A DNA stretch of 64,000 nucleotides from Limnochordaceae bacterium (GTDB taxonomy: Bacteria; Bacillota; Limnochordia; Limnochordales; DUMU01): assembly GCA_014896305.1 (NCBI GenBank), contig JADBKQ010000002.1:65670-129669 (forward strand), in the 5' to 3' direction. Each line of letters begins with the position of its first letter. Position 1 is the first letter of the stretch. This document shows positions 9,338 to 18,470 of this stretch, one piece after another. The translations under genes were made by a program, and so were the position numbers. Under the pieces are notes generated by a model. That model saw nothing but the letters and a program-made list of their open reading frames with translations, searched no databases and was not told where the DNA came from.

Positions 9338-10951
9338 ATGGGCATCAACTCGCTTCCAGGGATCCGGCGTCAGCACCACGCCTCTGGGCAAAGCCAAGGC
9401 AACTGGCTTGTGCGCTTGGCAGCGGGCGTTCTGTTGACGGCGATGGTTTTGTCTTTGTGGGGCGGCGCGCAGGCGGCTCCGGCGGCTGCCTCGCAACAGG
9501 TCACCCTCACGATTTTGCATTTCAACGACGCCTATGATTTGTCCCCTGTCGACAAGGAACTGGGCGGCTGGGACCGCCTGGCCACGCTGGTGGCACAGTA
9601 TCGGCAGCAGGATCCCGAAGCCGTGCTGGTGTTTCCCGGTGATCTGATTTCGCCTTCAACCATGTCCTCGCTGTTTCATGGCAGCCACATGATCCAGGGA
9701 ATGAACCTGCTGAAGGCGGACATCGCCACCTTCGGCAACCATGAGTTTGACTTCGGCCCGGACGTACTGGCGCAGCGGATCGGCGAGTCGAAGTTCACCT
9801 GGGTGATTACCAACCTGGTGCGGCAGGATGGCTCGCCCTTCCCGGGCACCCAGGCGCTGGCGTTGCGGGAGATTCATGGGGTAAAGGTGGGCTTCTTCGG
9901 CCTGTTGACCCCCGATACTCGTGTCATCTCCAACCCGGGGCCGGATGTCGTTTTTGCTGATCCGCTGGCGAGTGCGCGCAGTGCGGTGGCTTTGCTGAAG
10001 GCGTACGGGGCAGAGGTGGTGGTGGGGCTGACCCACTTGCCCATAGCAGAGGACAAACAAATTCTGGCTGAGGTGCCCGAGATCGATCTGATTCTGGGCG
10101 GACATGATCACGACCCGATGAGCGAGGAGGTCGGTGGCCGGCTGGTGGCCAAGGCAGGTTCCGACGCCCGCTACCTGGGTGTGGCTACGATCACGGTGGA
10201 GAAGCCCGATCGTGCGGCTGAGGGTGCCTCGGCAGTCAAGGTGGTGGCGATCGCCGACAAGCTGGTGCCAGTCTCCATCGCCGATGTTCAGCCGGATCCT
10301 GGCATGCAGGCGCTTGCCCAGAGCTTCGAGAAGCAGATGGACCAGGCGCTGGGTAACGTGATCGCCCAGAGCACGGTCGAGCTGGACGCTCGCAACGCCA
10401 TGGTTCGCCAGCAGGAAGCGCCGCTTGGAAACCTGATTGCGGACGCCATTCGCCAGGCGGTCGCAGCTGATGTGGCCATTACGAATGGCGGCGGCATCCG
10501 GACCAATGCGGTCCTGCCGGCCGGCCCCATTACCCGCCGCAATGTGCTCGCCTGGCTGCCGTTCGGGAACCGTGTCGTCAAGGTCGAACTGACGGGCGAC
10601 GCCATCCGGCAAGCTCTGGAGAACGGCGTCAGCCAGCGGGAGACAGGCGCGGGCCGCTTCCCGCAGGTCTCCGGCCTGCAGTTTGCCTTCGATCCCAGCA
10701 AGCCGGCGGGCCAGCGGGTACTCTGGGTGAAGGTGAACGGTGCGCCGCTCGACCCGGCCAAGACCTATACCGTCGCCACCAACGACTTCATGCTGGGCGG
10801 TGGCGATGGATACGAGGCGTTCAAGTCGGGGCGGGTCTTGATCGACGCCAGCGCCGGGCAACTGATGGATGCGGTCGTGGCGGCGTACATCCAGGCCCAG
10901 GGCACGGTCTCGCCCAAAGTCGAAGGCCGGATCGTGATCCAGGGGCAGTAG
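9338..10951 (+). CDS. Secreted bifunctional metallophosphatase / 5'-nucleotidase
   Basis: Calcineurin-like motifs 'ILHFNDAYD', 'GNHEFDFG' and 'GGHDHD', plus a C-terminal 5'-nucleotidase domain. The N-terminus is signal-like ('LAAGVLLTAMVLSLWGGAQAAP'). A GGAGGAGG SD lies upstream. Confidence 0.85.
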   Translation: MGINSLPGIRRQHHASGQSQGNWLVRLAAGVLLTAMVLSLWGGAQAAPAAASQQVTLTILHFNDAYDLSPVDKELGGWDRLATLVAQYRQQDPEAVLVFPGDLISPSTMSSLFHGSHMIQGMNLLKADIATFGNHEFDFGPDVLAQRIGESKFTWVITNLVRQDGSPFPGTQALALREIHGVKVGFFGLLTPDTRVISNPGPDVVFADPLASARSAVALLKAYGAEVVVGLTHLPIAEDKQILAEVPEIDLILGGHDHDPMSEEVGGRLVAKAGSDARYLGVATITVEKPDRAAEGASAVKVVAIADKLVPVSIADVQPDPGMQALAQSFEKQMDQALGNVIAQSTVELDARNAMVRQQEAPLGNLIADAIRQAVAADVAITNGGGIRTNAVLPAGPITRRNVLAWLPFGNRVVKVELTGDAIRQALENGVSQRETGAGRFPQVSGLQFAFDPSKPAGQRVLWVKVNGAPLDPAKTYTVATNDFMLGGGDGYEAFKSGRVLIDASAGQLMDAVVAAYIQAQGTVSPKVEGRIVIQGQ

Positions 10952-11059
10952 CCCGGGCGTACGCTGCGGCGAGGCGGAAACAAAAGTATTGACTTCCCAG
11001 AATGGGAGTGCATCACTGGGGACGGGCGGGGTGGTGGCCAGCCATCGAGTTCGAAGGAT

Positions 11060-11099
11060 GCGGAGTACATGTCCAGAACGGCAGGTACTGCTCGTTTTT
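11060..11099 (+). terminator. Possible intrinsic terminator about 110 nt downstream of the 5'-nucleotidase gene
   Basis: An imperfect hairpin pairs GCGGAGTAC with GTACTGCTCG and is followed by TTTTTG (11095-11100). The stem contains mismatches. Confidence 0.35.
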
Positions 11100-11290
11100 G
11101 CCATGGTCGCCACCCTTGCCTCGAGTCCAATCTTCTCGGCGCATGTATTGGACGTTTCCGGGTCATCCATCGACTGTGGACAGTGGTGAGGCAGCAGCGG
11201 TCGGCCAGTGTGACGCCGGAGTTGACAGAGGTGGCTTGGTGGCGCGGATCGGCGGCTCTGGCCGCGCAGACAAGGTATAATACCCCAGGG

Positions 11291-12751
11291 GTGGTGGCGA
11301 CGGGGAACGAGGGGACCGGCCTGTTTGGGTATGCAGCGGGGCAGCGGGAGAGCAGCGCCCCGGAGCAAGCAGCGCCCCTGGCGGTTCGCATGCGGCCTCG
11401 CACCCTGGATGAGGTGGTGGGGCAAGAGGAGATCGTCGGCCCGGGGCGTTTGCTGCGGCGAGCCATCGAAGCAGACCGCCTCGGTTCCATCATCCTCTGG
11501 GGGCCTCCCGGCAGTGGGAAAACCACCTTGGCCCAGGTCATCGCCCACGCATCCCAGGCGGAGTTTGTCGCTCTCAATGCTGTCACCGCAGGCGTGGCGG
11601 ATTTACGCCGGGTGATCGACCAGGCCCGCGAACGCCGCCGCCTGTATGGGCGACGGACCCTGGTGCTGATCGACGAGATCCATCGGTTCAACAAGGCCCA
11701 ACAGGATGCGCTGTTGCCGGCGGTGGAGGAAGGAACGATCCGCCTGATCGGTGCGACCACCGAAAACCCGTTCTTTTCCGTGAACGGCCCGCTCCTCAGC
11801 CGCACCCAGCTTTTCCGCCTGCGGGCGCTGGAACCAGAGGCCATCCGCACATTGCTACGGCGGGCACTGACTGACCCGGAGCGGGGGCTCGGCAAGCAGG
11901 CGATCGAGGTCGCCCCTGAGGCTCTGGAACACTGGGTGCAGGTGGCGGCGGGCGACGCCCGGCGGGCCCTGAACGCCCTGGAACTGGCGGTTTTGACGAC
12001 CCCGCCCGACCCGGACGGAGTTATCCGCATTTCTTTGGCGGTGGCGGAAGAATCCATTCAGCAGCGGACGTTGCAATATGATCGCCAGGGCGACAACCAT
12101 TACGACACCATTTCAGCCTACATCAAGAGCTTGCGAGGCGGCGATCCGGACGCGGCCGTCCACTATCTGGTTCGGATGTTGGAGGCGGGTGAAGATCCAC
12201 TTTTCATTGCCCGGCGCTTGATGATCCAGGCCGCCGAGGACGTGGGCAACGCTGATCCGCAGGCGCTGCAGGTGGCGGTAGCAGCGGCGACGGCGGTGGA
12301 ACGGGTCGGCCTGCCCGAAGGTGCGATTCCGCTTGCACAGGCAACGATCTATGTAGCCACCGCCCCCAAGAGCAACGCCTGCTATCTGGCGCTGGAACGA
12401 GCCCGGGCGGATCTGCACCAGGGCGAGGTGGGGCCGGTGCCGGTTCACCTTCGGGATGCCAACTACCCGGGGGCGGCCAAACTGGGACACGGCAGGGGCT
12501 ATCTCTACCCGCACGACTTCCCCGGCCATTTTGTGCGCCAGCAGTACCTGCCTGACCTTCTAGCGGCACAGCTGAGCGAAAGCGGAAAGCACTATTACGA
12601 GCCCAGTGAGAACGGATATGAAGCGACCATTCGCCGCCGGCTGGTACAGTGGTGGAGCGGGGGTTTTCCGCAGCCTGCACAGCACGACCCGTCTACGAAG
12701 CCTGCGAAACAACCTGAGGGGCCGACGCGGCCGGCTCCACCGGAGCAGTGA
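11291..12751 (+). CDS. rarA: Replication-associated recombination protein A (AAA+ ATPase)
   Basis: Motifs 'PLAVRMRPRTLDEVVGQ', Walker A 'GPPGSGKTTLA', 'LIDEIHRFNKAQQDALLP' and 'YLYPHD'. The start is uncertain. GTG 11291 is the first plausible start upstream of the conserved PLAxRMRP motif. The ORF is open back to 11069. Confidence 0.85.
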   Translation: MVATGNEGTGLFGYAAGQRESSAPEQAAPLAVRMRPRTLDEVVGQEEIVGPGRLLRRAIEADRLGSIILWGPPGSGKTTLAQVIAHASQAEFVALNAVTAGVADLRRVIDQARERRRLYGRRTLVLIDEIHRFNKAQQDALLPAVEEGTIRLIGATTENPFFSVNGPLLSRTQLFRLRALEPEAIRTLLRRALTDPERGLGKQAIEVAPEALEHWVQVAAGDARRALNALELAVLTTPPDPDGVIRISLAVAEESIQQRTLQYDRQGDNHYDTISAYIKSLRGGDPDAAVHYLVRMLEAGEDPLFIARRLMIQAAEDVGNADPQALQVAVAAATAVERVGLPEGAIPLAQATIYVATAPKSNACYLALERARADLHQGEVGPVPVHLRDANYPGAAKLGHGRGYLYPHDFPGHFVRQQYLPDLLAAQLSESGKHYYEPSENGYEATIRRRLVQWWSGGFPQPAQHDPSTKPAKQPEGPTRPAPPEQ

Positions 12752-12990
12752 GGGTAAGGATCTGCAAAGGACTGAGCCATAGGGCCGGTGACAAGAGGAC
12801 CACGATGAGGATGAGGCGGTACGTGCCTTCGACGACGGCTCGGCAGTACCGGCACGGAGGGCCGGATGGGCAGCTACACCGGTTCCGCGTGAGGTGAAAC
12901 ATCATCATCGAATCTTCATCTATCAGCTCTTCAACCAACGACTCTTTCACCACCACCCTCCCTCAGCAAGGGCGCCCGCTGCGGATCGGC

Positions 12991-14259
12991 GTGTTCACGG
13001 ACAGCTATCGGCCATACCTCAGCGGGGTGGTCCGCGTGATCGAGACCACTTCCCAGGTGCTGGCCGAGTCGGGACACGAGGTCGTGATCTTTGCCCCCGG
13101 TTACCGCAGCAGCCATCAGGCCAGACCCGGAGGCGAGAGTGGGGCCGAGGACGCCGACGTCATCCGGCTGGCTGCTGATCCCTGGGCTCGCCCGGGCATC
13201 GAGATCGTGCGATTCCCTTCTGTCCCCGCCCCCACGTATCCGGGTTTCGTGTTGCCCATCCCGTGGCGTCGCGGCTTGACTCGACTGGTGACCCGTCTAC
13301 GTCTGGATGTCGTCCATTCGCACAGCCCCTTTCTCATGGGGGGAGTAGCGCTACGCCTGGCCAAGCATTTGGGGCTGCCTTTGGTCTTCACACACCACAC
13401 CATGTACCATGAGTACGTGCATTACGCTCCGCTTGCGCAGGGGCTTGCCCGGCAGTGGGTCTGGCAGCATGTGGCAAACTACTGCGCCCAGGTCGACACG
13501 GTGATCGCGGTCAGCGAGGCAGTGGAGCGGTTGGTTTACAAGGGATACGGTATCACCACGCCGGTGGAACTGATTCCCAGCGGGGTGGACTTACGCTTGT
13601 ACCGCAGTCCGGAGCGGGATCGTGACTGGCTGCGCCGCACCTACGGCATCCCGGCGAACGCCCCGGTCCTCATCAATGTAGGCCGCCTGACACTGGAAAA
13701 AAACCCTGGGCTCTTGCTGCGCAGCCTGCAGCAACTACGAGTTTCCCGGGACGCCGATCCGAGACTCGCCGGTACCACGTTCGACCCCTGGCTGGTGCTG
13801 GTCGGAGATGGCCCGCAAGCAGCCGAGGTGCGGCGGCAAGCGACCGAGTTGGGCGTAGCGTCGCGGGTGATTCTTACCGGCCGCCTCGAGCCCGCCCGGG
13901 TGGCCGACGCCCTGTTGGGGGCGGACATCTTCGTGATGGCGTCGTTCACAGAGACGCAAGGCCTCGTCGTAGCTGAAGCGCTCGCCTGCGGCCTGCCCAC
14001 TGTGGTGGTCGACTCGCCGCCGCTGCGGGAGAGCGTACAGGACGGCCAGGCCGGCCTGATTGTCGCCGGTGAACCAGACGCCTTGGCTGCAGCCTGTCGC
14101 CACCTGCTCACCGACCCCTCGCTACGCCAGCGTCTGCAAAGCGCCGCCCTGCGCAGGGGTGAGGAGCTTTCCGTGCAGGCAGCCACTGCCAAGCTGTTGG
14201 CCTTGTACCGCCGCCTGATCTCGGCGCGCCAGCGAACCGAGAAGCGGGGTGGCGGCTAA
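12991..14259 (+). CDS. GT4 (group 1) glycosyltransferase, diacylglycerol-glycosyltransferase-like
   Basis: The N-terminus 'FTDSYRPYLSGV' is typical of glycolipid-synthase-type GT4 enzymes. The C-terminal motif is 'FTETQGLVVAEALACGLP'. GTG 12991 is the first canonical start. Confidence 0.85.
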   Translation: MFTDSYRPYLSGVVRVIETTSQVLAESGHEVVIFAPGYRSSHQARPGGESGAEDADVIRLAADPWARPGIEIVRFPSVPAPTYPGFVLPIPWRRGLTRLVTRLRLDVVHSHSPFLMGGVALRLAKHLGLPLVFTHHTMYHEYVHYAPLAQGLARQWVWQHVANYCAQVDTVIAVSEAVERLVYKGYGITTPVELIPSGVDLRLYRSPERDRDWLRRTYGIPANAPVLINVGRLTLEKNPGLLLRSLQQLRVSRDADPRLAGTTFDPWLVLVGDGPQAAEVRRQATELGVASRVILTGRLEPARVADALLGADIFVMASFTETQGLVVAEALACGLPTVVVDSPPLRESVQDGQAGLIVAGEPDALAAACRHLLTDPSLRQRLQSAALRRGEELSVQAATAKLLALYRRLISARQRTEKRGGG

Positions 14260-14540
14260 CGTTCGTCCACCCCGATCTCAACGAGCTGAGCCCGGCCATC
14301 GCTCTCCAGCACGCGGTCGACGAAGCGCACCACCTCGTCGACGGCTTGACGGGCGAGAAAGGCTTCCCGGCTGACGGTGGCCACCGCCAGTTCAGCCCGG
14401 CAGTATTGTTCCTGGCTACCCACCTCGGCTACGGCAACCCCAAAGCGAGAACGGATGCGGCCGACCACCATTTGCACTACGGACCGCCGATCCTTGAGGC
14501 TTTGGGCTTGGGGAATCCATAGGGACAGGACGGCTACCAT
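14256..14540 (-). CDS. DUF503 (YlxP-like) family protein
   Basis: 'MVAVLSLWIPQAQSLKDRRSVVQMVVGRIRSRFGVAVAEV' matches the DUF503 pattern (M-V-x-L...SLKEKR...FNVSVAEV). Its stop codon overlaps the GT4 stop (CTAA). Confidence 0.8.
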   Translation of the reverse strand: MVAVLSLWIPQAQSLKDRRSVVQMVVGRIRSRFGVAVAEVGSQEQYCRAELAVATVSREAFLARQAVDEVVRFVDRVLESDGRAQLVEIGVDER

Positions 14541-14721
14541 CACCTTCGGTTGTGTGAGGCCATCATGAGGAACGGGCGGAGAAGAACGTGAAGTGGCAGG
14601 AGCAAGGGGGACAGGCGCAGAGAAGCTTGACGGTTCTGGCATGCTTGCCAAGGGTACCACTTCCTGCGAGAGAGATTACCCAGGCCGACCTGGGGAAGCC
14701 CCGATGTCAGGCTGCGCTGTG

Positions 14722-14749
14722 CTCACAGGGTACTCACACTGGTACTCAC
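14722..14749 (+). repeat. Phased direct repeats: CTCAC x3 at 11-12 bp spacing, including GGTACTCAC x2
   Basis: CTCAC occurs at 14722, 14733 and 14745. GGTACTCAC occurs at 14729-14737 and 14741-14749. The repeats lie in the DUF503/purE divergent intergenic region. Confidence 0.55.
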
Positions 14750-15069
14750 GGTGAAGTATTCGCTGTTCTCATTCTATCCCCTGGTGCAGAACGTGTCACG
14801 GATGATAGCACCCTCAAGCTTCACGGACGGTGAACCCGCCAACGACATGATACGAAACGTCCGTGGCCTAGTGGGATAGAAAGGAAATGCAGGTAGGAGA
14901 CATAGGAGGGAGACGGAAGGTAGAGAGCGAACGCGTTCACTGTCGATCTGAGGCAGTCGGGGGTCTGGAGGAGAGAGTCCGTCCGGGTTACCCAGCCCCC
15001 CAACAGGAAGAAGAGATTGGGGTTGGGCAGCCGTGCCAGACGAAAGAGCAAAAGGAGGAAGGACACACC

Positions 15070-15600
15070 ATGCCAGAGCAGCCACAGCCTTTGGTGGGCG
15101 TGGTGATGGGAAGCAAATCGGACTTGGAGTGGGGGCAACAGGTAAGTCGTTACTTGCAGGAGTTGGGAATCCCGCACGAGTCGCGTATCCTTTCGGCCCA
15201 CCGCACCCCGGTGGAGGCCGCCCATTACGCGCAGAGTGCGGCGGAGCGCGGGCTGGCGGTCATCATCGCCATCGCCGGGCTGGCTGCCCACTTGCCCGGA
15301 GTGCTGGCCGCATACACCTGGTTGCCGGTCATTGGGTTGCCCCTGGCGGGGGGCCCGCTACGGGGGCAGGATGCCCTGTACGCCATGGTTCAGATGCCCC
15401 CCGGCGTCCCGGTGGCCACAGTGGGGCTGGATAACCCTCGCAATGCAGCCGTACTAGCTGCCCAGATTCTGGCCGTGCGCCATAGTGACGTACGGGCCCG
15501 CCTGCTACAGTGGCGTCGGGAGCAAACTGAGAGCGTTCGCTTGGCCGATCGGCAACTGCAGCAGAGTAGCGCCACGGCTGTGCCGGAACCGAGGCCGTAG
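15070..15600 (+). CDS. purE: 5-(carboxyamino)imidazole ribonucleotide mutase
   Basis: Motifs 'VGVVMGSKSDL', 'SAHRTP' and 'IAGLAAHLPGV'. An AAAGGAGGAAGG SD lies before ATG 15070. Confidence 0.93.
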   Translation: MPEQPQPLVGVVMGSKSDLEWGQQVSRYLQELGIPHESRILSAHRTPVEAAHYAQSAAERGLAVIIAIAGLAAHLPGVLAAYTWLPVIGLPLAGGPLRGQDALYAMVQMPPGVPVATVGLDNPRNAAVLAAQILAVRHSDVRARLLQWRREQTESVRLADRQLQQSSATAVPEPRP

Positions 15601-15669
15601 CCCTGGCTGGCCGCCGGTTGCCATCGTTTACCGTCGTCCCCCCGATCTCGTGTAGATCGCCAGCCAGGG
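15601..15669. other. 11-bp perfect inverted repeat (CCCTGGCTGGC / GCCAGCCAGGG) with a nested GATCT/AGATC hairpin between convergent purE and degV
   Basis: The arms are at 15601-15611 and 15659-15669. There is no U-tract on either strand, so a terminator role is only a possibility. Confidence 0.35.
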
Positions 15670-15687
15670 GCCTGCAGATCGGATAAG

Positions 15688-16539
15688 CTATTTGACCATG
15701 TACAGGATGCCGATGGTTTGAGGGCCGCAGTGACTCGAGATGACCGCCCCCGCCTCCGTGATCAGCACATTGGCGTCTGGGAGCGCTTGGCGCAGTTCAC
15801 CGGCGAGAGCTTCGGCCTCTTCCGGACAGGCCACATGGGTGACGAAGAGGCGGTGACGGTCGATGCGGTTCTGATCCTGCAAGCACCAATCCAGCAGGGC
15901 GCGCAGGGCCTTTGACCGTGCGCCGAGCAGCTTGTCTGCCACCTCCAAGCGCCCGTTGACCACCTCGATGCGGGGGCGAATGCGCAACAAGCTGCCGACC
16001 ACGTTTTGCAGCGCCGAGCAGCGGCCCCCCTTGTACAGGTAGTCCATGGTGTTCACGATGAATGATGTGCGCACGTGCGAGACAGCTGCCTGCAGGTGGG
16101 CGACGATCTCGTCCAGGGTCCGTCCGGCAGCTGCCTGCTCCGCCGCCCGCAGCACCAGCAGGCCGACGCCGGTGGACAGGTTTTCGGAGTCCACGACCCT
16201 CACGCGACCGGGGGGGAAGGCTTCAGCTGCCAGACGAGCGGCTTGCACCGTACCCGAGAGGGAGGCTCCGATACCGATGAACAGGACGTCGTCACCTCTC
16301 TCGATGACGGAGCGGAAGGCGGCGGCAAAGTCGGCCGGGGTGGGCATCGACGTCTTGGGAAGCTGGCCGGTTTGGGCGACGTAGTCGAAGAGCTGGGCTG
16401 GCTGGATCTCTGTGCCGTCCCGGTACGCTTTCTCGCCCAATTGCACATAGAGGGGGATGAGGCCTACATGATATTGCTCACGCAGTTGAGGACTGAGGTC
16501 GGCGGTGCTGTCTGTGATCACTTGTACGTGGTGGCCCAT
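15688..16539 (-). CDS. DegV family fatty-acid-binding protein
   Basis: The N-terminus 'VQVITDSTADLSPQL...IPLYVQLGEKAYRDGTEI' is typical of DegV. ATG 16539 lies 6 nt after GAAGGAAG. Confidence 0.9.
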   Translation of the reverse strand: MGHHVQVITDSTADLSPQLREQYHVGLIPLYVQLGEKAYRDGTEIQPAQLFDYVAQTGQLPKTSMPTPADFAAAFRSVIERGDDVLFIGIGASLSGTVQAARLAAEAFPPGRVRVVDSENLSTGVGLLVLRAAEQAAAGRTLDEIVAHLQAAVSHVRTSFIVNTMDYLYKGGRCSALQNVVGSLLRIRPRIEVVNGRLEVADKLLGARSKALRALLDWCLQDQNRIDRHRLFVTHVACPEEAEALAGELRQALPDANVLITEAGAVISSHCGPQTIGILYMVK

Positions 16540-16590
16540 GCGCATCTTCCTTCTGTGTCTTGTTTCGGTCTCCCCTGTTGGGCATCGGTC

Positions 16591-17559
16591 TCATGTGCGT
16601 GAGGCAAGAAGCTGTTTGCGCATCATCGTGAACCGCCGGCTGACCCGAAAACCGGCTTCCTGGTAGAGATGGCCTGCCGGACTCTCTTCACTGGTGCTCA
16701 GAAACCAGGCGCTATGGAGTCCCTCCGCTTTCATGTGCTGCAGGCATCGATAGAGCAAGACCTTGCCAATTCCATGTCCTCGCCAGGCCGGGTCGACTCC
16801 AAACGGGCCAAACCGGCCTGCGGGCCGATCATATAGCCCATACATGCAGTACCCAAGGACCTGATCTGCCTGGCGGGCCAGAATGACCCTCTCCCAATGT
16901 CCGGTACGGAGGAGTCCTTCTCGGATGCCCCGCGACCAGTCCGGCCCAAATCCTTCCGCCAGCTGCAAGGTGGGGATGAGCCAGCGAGGGGTCAGGGTTT
17001 CCACCCGAATCCCCATGGCTGCCAGCTGCTCTTCCTGCCGTTCCACTGCTGCTGGTATCCCCTGCCATTCCCCCAGGTGAACATCCATGGCCACCACCTC
17101 TGCGCTCGACTCATATCCGGCTGCCGTGAGGAGCCGTTTGGCATCGGGATAGTGTTCGGCATCCACCCCAGGGAAGAAGTAGTTTGGAGCATACTGAGCC
17201 ACCCACACCTGGCACCGGCGGCGATTGCGCAAAAACTGTTCGGCAGCTTCCAGCAGGCGATGGCCGATGCCTTGACGGCGGCGAGCCGGACTGACGCCAA
17301 AGGCCCAGATCCAGCCCTGCTCCGGTTCGATGTCCAGCCCCAGCAAGGGCACGCGTCGCACTACGGCGAGAAAGAAGCCGACCAGTTGGCAGTCCGCTTC
17401 GGCCACCAGAAGCCCCTCCGGGTCGAAGTTGACGTCGAGGAAAACTCGTTCCACCAGGCGGTCCAGCGTGATGGGGTCGGCTGCCAAAGAGCGGTTCCAG
17501 AGCGAGACCAGTTGCTCCTCATCCCCTGGGCGGTAGGGGCGCACGACGGGCTCATCCAT
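16591..17559 (-). CDS. Tandem-domain GNAT family N-acetyltransferase
   Basis: There are two acetyl-CoA motifs, 'RRRQGIGHRLL' and 'WRGHGIGKVLL'. ATG 17559 is preceded by GGGAGGGAGG. Confidence 0.8.
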   Translation of the reverse strand: MDEPVVRPYRPGDEEQLVSLWNRSLAADPITLDRLVERVFLDVNFDPEGLLVAEADCQLVGFFLAVVRRVPLLGLDIEPEQGWIWAFGVSPARRRQGIGHRLLEAAEQFLRNRRRCQVWVAQYAPNYFFPGVDAEHYPDAKRLLTAAGYESSAEVVAMDVHLGEWQGIPAAVERQEEQLAAMGIRVETLTPRWLIPTLQLAEGFGPDWSRGIREGLLRTGHWERVILARQADQVLGYCMYGLYDRPAGRFGPFGVDPAWRGHGIGKVLLYRCLQHMKAEGLHSAWFLSTSEESPAGHLYQEAGFRVSRRFTMMRKQLLASRT

Positions 17560-17672
17560 ACGCACGTAAACCTCCCTCCCTTCGTCCGTTCTTTCGCTCC
17601 TCCAGCCAGGGTGAGCAGGCGATTGCCGTCGCTCCCTGGCGACGCGGGTCGGCCAGCGGCCCGCGAGCGATC

Positions 17673-18470
17673 TCAGGCCAGACCTTTGAGGAGGAAACCG
17701 ACCAGGTAGGCGACGGCCGCAGCGAGTGAGCCCACCCCCAGCATTTCCAGACCCGTCCGCCACCAGGGCCGGTGAGTCACAATGGAACGGGCTGCCCCCA
17801 CGCCGAACATGGACGCCAAGGTGACTGCGGTGGCCACGCCGAATGGGTGAGTGGAGAGGCCAGGTGCTCGGGCCGCCAACAGATAGCCCAACAACGGGAT
17901 GGTCCCGCCGGCGACAAACGCGAAAAAGGTGGTGAGGGCCGCCCGCATGGGGTCTTTTCGTTCCTCGATGATGCCAAGTTCTTCGCGCATCATGGTCGTC
18001 AACCAGCGCTCCCGATCTGAGGTGATGACCTCGACGGCCCGCTCGAGGTCTTCCCCCTGGAAGCCCTTCTGAGCATAGATGTCGCGTATTTCCTGGCGCT
18101 CACCTTCTGGGAAGTGTTGAATCTCCCAGGCTTCTCGCTCCCGTTCCTGCCGCTGGTAATCCTGTTCGGAGCGGCCACTGAGGTAAGCCCCCGCTGCCAT
18201 CGAGAAACCGTCACCAAAAAGGTTGGCCAGGCCCATGATCACGACGACTACCGGGGAAAGACTTGCTCCCGCCACACCGGCCACCACGGCGAAGGTGGTG
18301 ACGATGCCGTCCGACGCTCCGTATACGGCATCGCTGAGGTATTTGCCCCGCTCTTCTTCGTGCTTTTCCGGTGCGATCGCGGCTCGTATGGCCTCCGGCG
18401 CATGCAGGGCCTTGGCCGCTTCCACATCCCTGGTTTCATACGCTTTTCTTGCCTGCTGCAAACGGGACAA
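17673..18470 (-). CDS. VIT1/CCC1 family metal (Fe/Mn) transporter
   Basis: The motif 'AVYGASDGIVTTFAVVAGVAGA' plus a central acidic loop and C-terminal TM helices. The start is TTG 18470, 9 nt after GGAGGGAG. Confidence 0.85.
   Translation of the reverse strand: MSRLQQARKAYETRDVEAAKALHAPEAIRAAIAPEKHEEERGKYLSDAVYGASDGIVTTFAVVAGVAGASLSPVVVVIMGLANLFGDGFSMAAGAYLSGRSEQDYQRQEREREAWEIQHFPEGERQEIRDIYAQKGFQGEDLERAVEVITSDRERWLTTMMREELGIIEERKDPMRAALTTFFAFVAGGTIPLLGYLLAARAPGLSTHPFGVATAVTLASMFGVGAARSIVTHRPWWRTGLEMLGVGSLAAAVAYLVGFLLKGLA

Noticed and set aside
9656-11548. 630-aa minus-strand ORF (and the overlapping 430-aa ORF at 10765-12057) opposite the 5'-nucleotidase and rarA genes
   Set aside because: Same reasoning: both are antisense to well-supported genes, have low-complexity Arg/Pro-rich products, and lack an SD or family signature.
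12895-12990. Possible N-terminal extension of the GT4 glycosyltransferase: the frame is open from 12898, with GAGGTGA at 12891
   Set aside because: There is no canonical start before GTG 12991. The stretch (atc atc atc gaa tct tca tct...) has low GC3, unlike real coding sequence here.
14588-14833. 81-aa + strand ORF (GTG start after GGAG) in the DUF503-purE intergenic region
   Set aside because: Third-position GC is only about 50%, against much higher values in the real genes here. The 'GTHTGTHG' stretch is simply the translation of the GGTACTCAC tandem repeat. There is no family resemblance.
14541-15069. Looked for a guanine/adenine or ZTP (pfl) riboswitch, or PurBoxes, upstream of purE
   Set aside because: I could not find the conserved cores: the UAUAAU / CCGUAAAU-type loops of purine riboswitches, the CCGCCUGGGC 3' element of ZTP, or a CCGAAC PurBox core with A/T flanks. 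A covariance-model search would be the decisive test.
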